A DNA stretch of 37,358 nucleotides from Octopus bimaculoides (Eukaryota), in NCBI RefSeq assembly GCF_001194135.2, contig NC_069001.1:11440823-11478180 (forward strand). Reading direction: 5' to 3'. A program made the position numbers and the translations under genes. Shown in pieces: positions 36,211 to 37,358 of this stretch. The notes below the pieces were generated by a model that searched no databases, had not been told where the DNA came from, and worked only from the letters and a program-made list of their open reading frames with translations. Each line of letters opens with the position of its first letter. Position 1 is the first letter of the stretch.

Positions 36211-36486
36211 TTGGCACTCCGTCGCTTACGACGACGAGGGTTCCAGTTGATCCGATCAACAGAACAGCCTGCCCGTGAAATTAACGTGCAAGTGGCTGAG
36301 CACTCCACAGACACGTGTACCCTCAACGTAGTTCTCGGGGGATATTCAGTGTGATACAGTGTGACAAGGCTGGCCCTTTGAATTACAGGCACAACAGAAA
36401 CAGGAAGTACCGGTTGACTACTGGAGTCGAAGTAATTGACTAACACCTCCTCCAAATTTTCAGGCTTTGTGCCTATTTTAAAATGG

Positions 36487-36518
<32 letters not shown>
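36211..36518 (+). mobile_element. Composite retroposon: structured GC-rich head (RTE 5'-UTR-like by recollection) fused to a SINE-B-type tail ending in (ATT)n
   Basis: ggcactccgtcgcttacgacgacgagggttcc...ggctggcccttt head, then aagtaccggttgactactggagtcga tail shared with SINE B, then (att)n. Confidence 0.6.
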
Positions 36519-36883
36519 CGTCTATAAATTGAATCTAATACGATTTCACCCTTTAAAACTTCATTCGTGAATAAATATCGTTGTATGAATGCAGCATTTG
36601 GATGTAACAAAACGTATTTGTCTACGGTAATACTCTGAACCAGTACGGCCATGCTGTACTTATTGTTTTGAAGCCTGGTAGTTGGTATGGGATACACACA
36701 CAAATACAAGTGTACACACCGTCTAAGTTTTTCGGCTCCCAAGCATCTGCACTTTATCTCACCCCGCTATGTCAAGATGGACTTATATATTCTTCCTCAC
36801 ATTTGGATTTTATATGCTCTCTCCCACTTGGATTTAATATGTTGCCATAATATGTCTTTTTTCTACATTTTCTACATTTTTGG

Positions 36884-36972
36884 TGCAGCTGAAGATTGCT
36901 CTTCATATTGCATTTAAGGTAATGCTCGCATTACTTAAATAAATTGACGTAGCATGAAACGTGCGTACTGCA
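36884..36972 (+). ncRNA. Type-I hammerhead ribozyme, intact core, long stem II (copy 2)
   Basis: tgcag-CTGAAGA(36889)-ttgct...atttaaggtaatgc(tc)gcattacttaaat...agcat-GAAAC(36956)-gtgc-GTA(36965)-ctgca; stem I 5 of 5; predicted cut after A36967. Confidence 0.75.
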
Positions 36973-37096
36973 ATCACTTTTGAAATCCGTGTTGCTTATT
37001 GTTTGATTTTAATCACCCATCCTTTTGGGATGCGATATTCGGGTGCCTTCGCATAAGTACCATATTCAAATCTTGAATCTATATATATATATATTT

Positions 37097-37317
37097 TTTT
37101 ACTCTTTTACTTGTATCAGTCATTTGACTGCGGCCATGCTGGAGCACCGCCTTTCAGTCGAGCAAATCGACCCCAGGACTTATTCTTTGGAAGCCTAGTA
37201 CTTATTCTATCGATCTCTTTGGCCGAACCGTTAGGTTACGGTGACGTAAACACACCACCATCGGTTGTCAAGCGATGTTGGGGGGACAAACACAGACACA
37301 AACATATACACACACAT

Positions 37318-37320
<3 letters not shown>
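37097..37320 (-). mobile_element. SINE family A 3' half
   Basis: cagtcatttgactgcggccatgctggagcaccgcc...gaccccaggacttattc...ggttgtcaagcgatg, ending in a CA/TA microsatellite. Confidence 0.88.

Positions 37321-37358
<38 letters not shown>

Overview
Eukaryotic, AT-rich, repeat-dense draft-assembly window with 14 N-gaps (about 5.5 kb in total). The SINE families and microsatellite landscape look like an octopus (coleoid cephalopod) genome; this is pattern recognition, not a database hit. No complete protein-coding gene, rRNA, true tRNA or CRISPR array is supportable, and almost all listed ORFs are gap or low-complexity artefacts. What can be supported: (i) a decayed Penelope-like retroelement (PLE) whose RT half (minus strand) and GIY-YIG half (plus strand) are joined head-to-head and followed by a hammerhead-ribozyme (HHR) remnant; (ii) several further type-I HHR motifs from apparently different families, one with an intact catalytic core (36884-36972) and two at the outer ends of a ~230-bp inverted repeat; (iii) Helitron derivatives with both termini; (iv) an internally deleted Chapaev3-type DNA transposon; (v) many tRNA-derived SINEs, some interrupted; (vi) a tandemly duplicated candidate terminal exon (NPxY...YxxL tail) whose coding part is far more diverged than its 3' flank.
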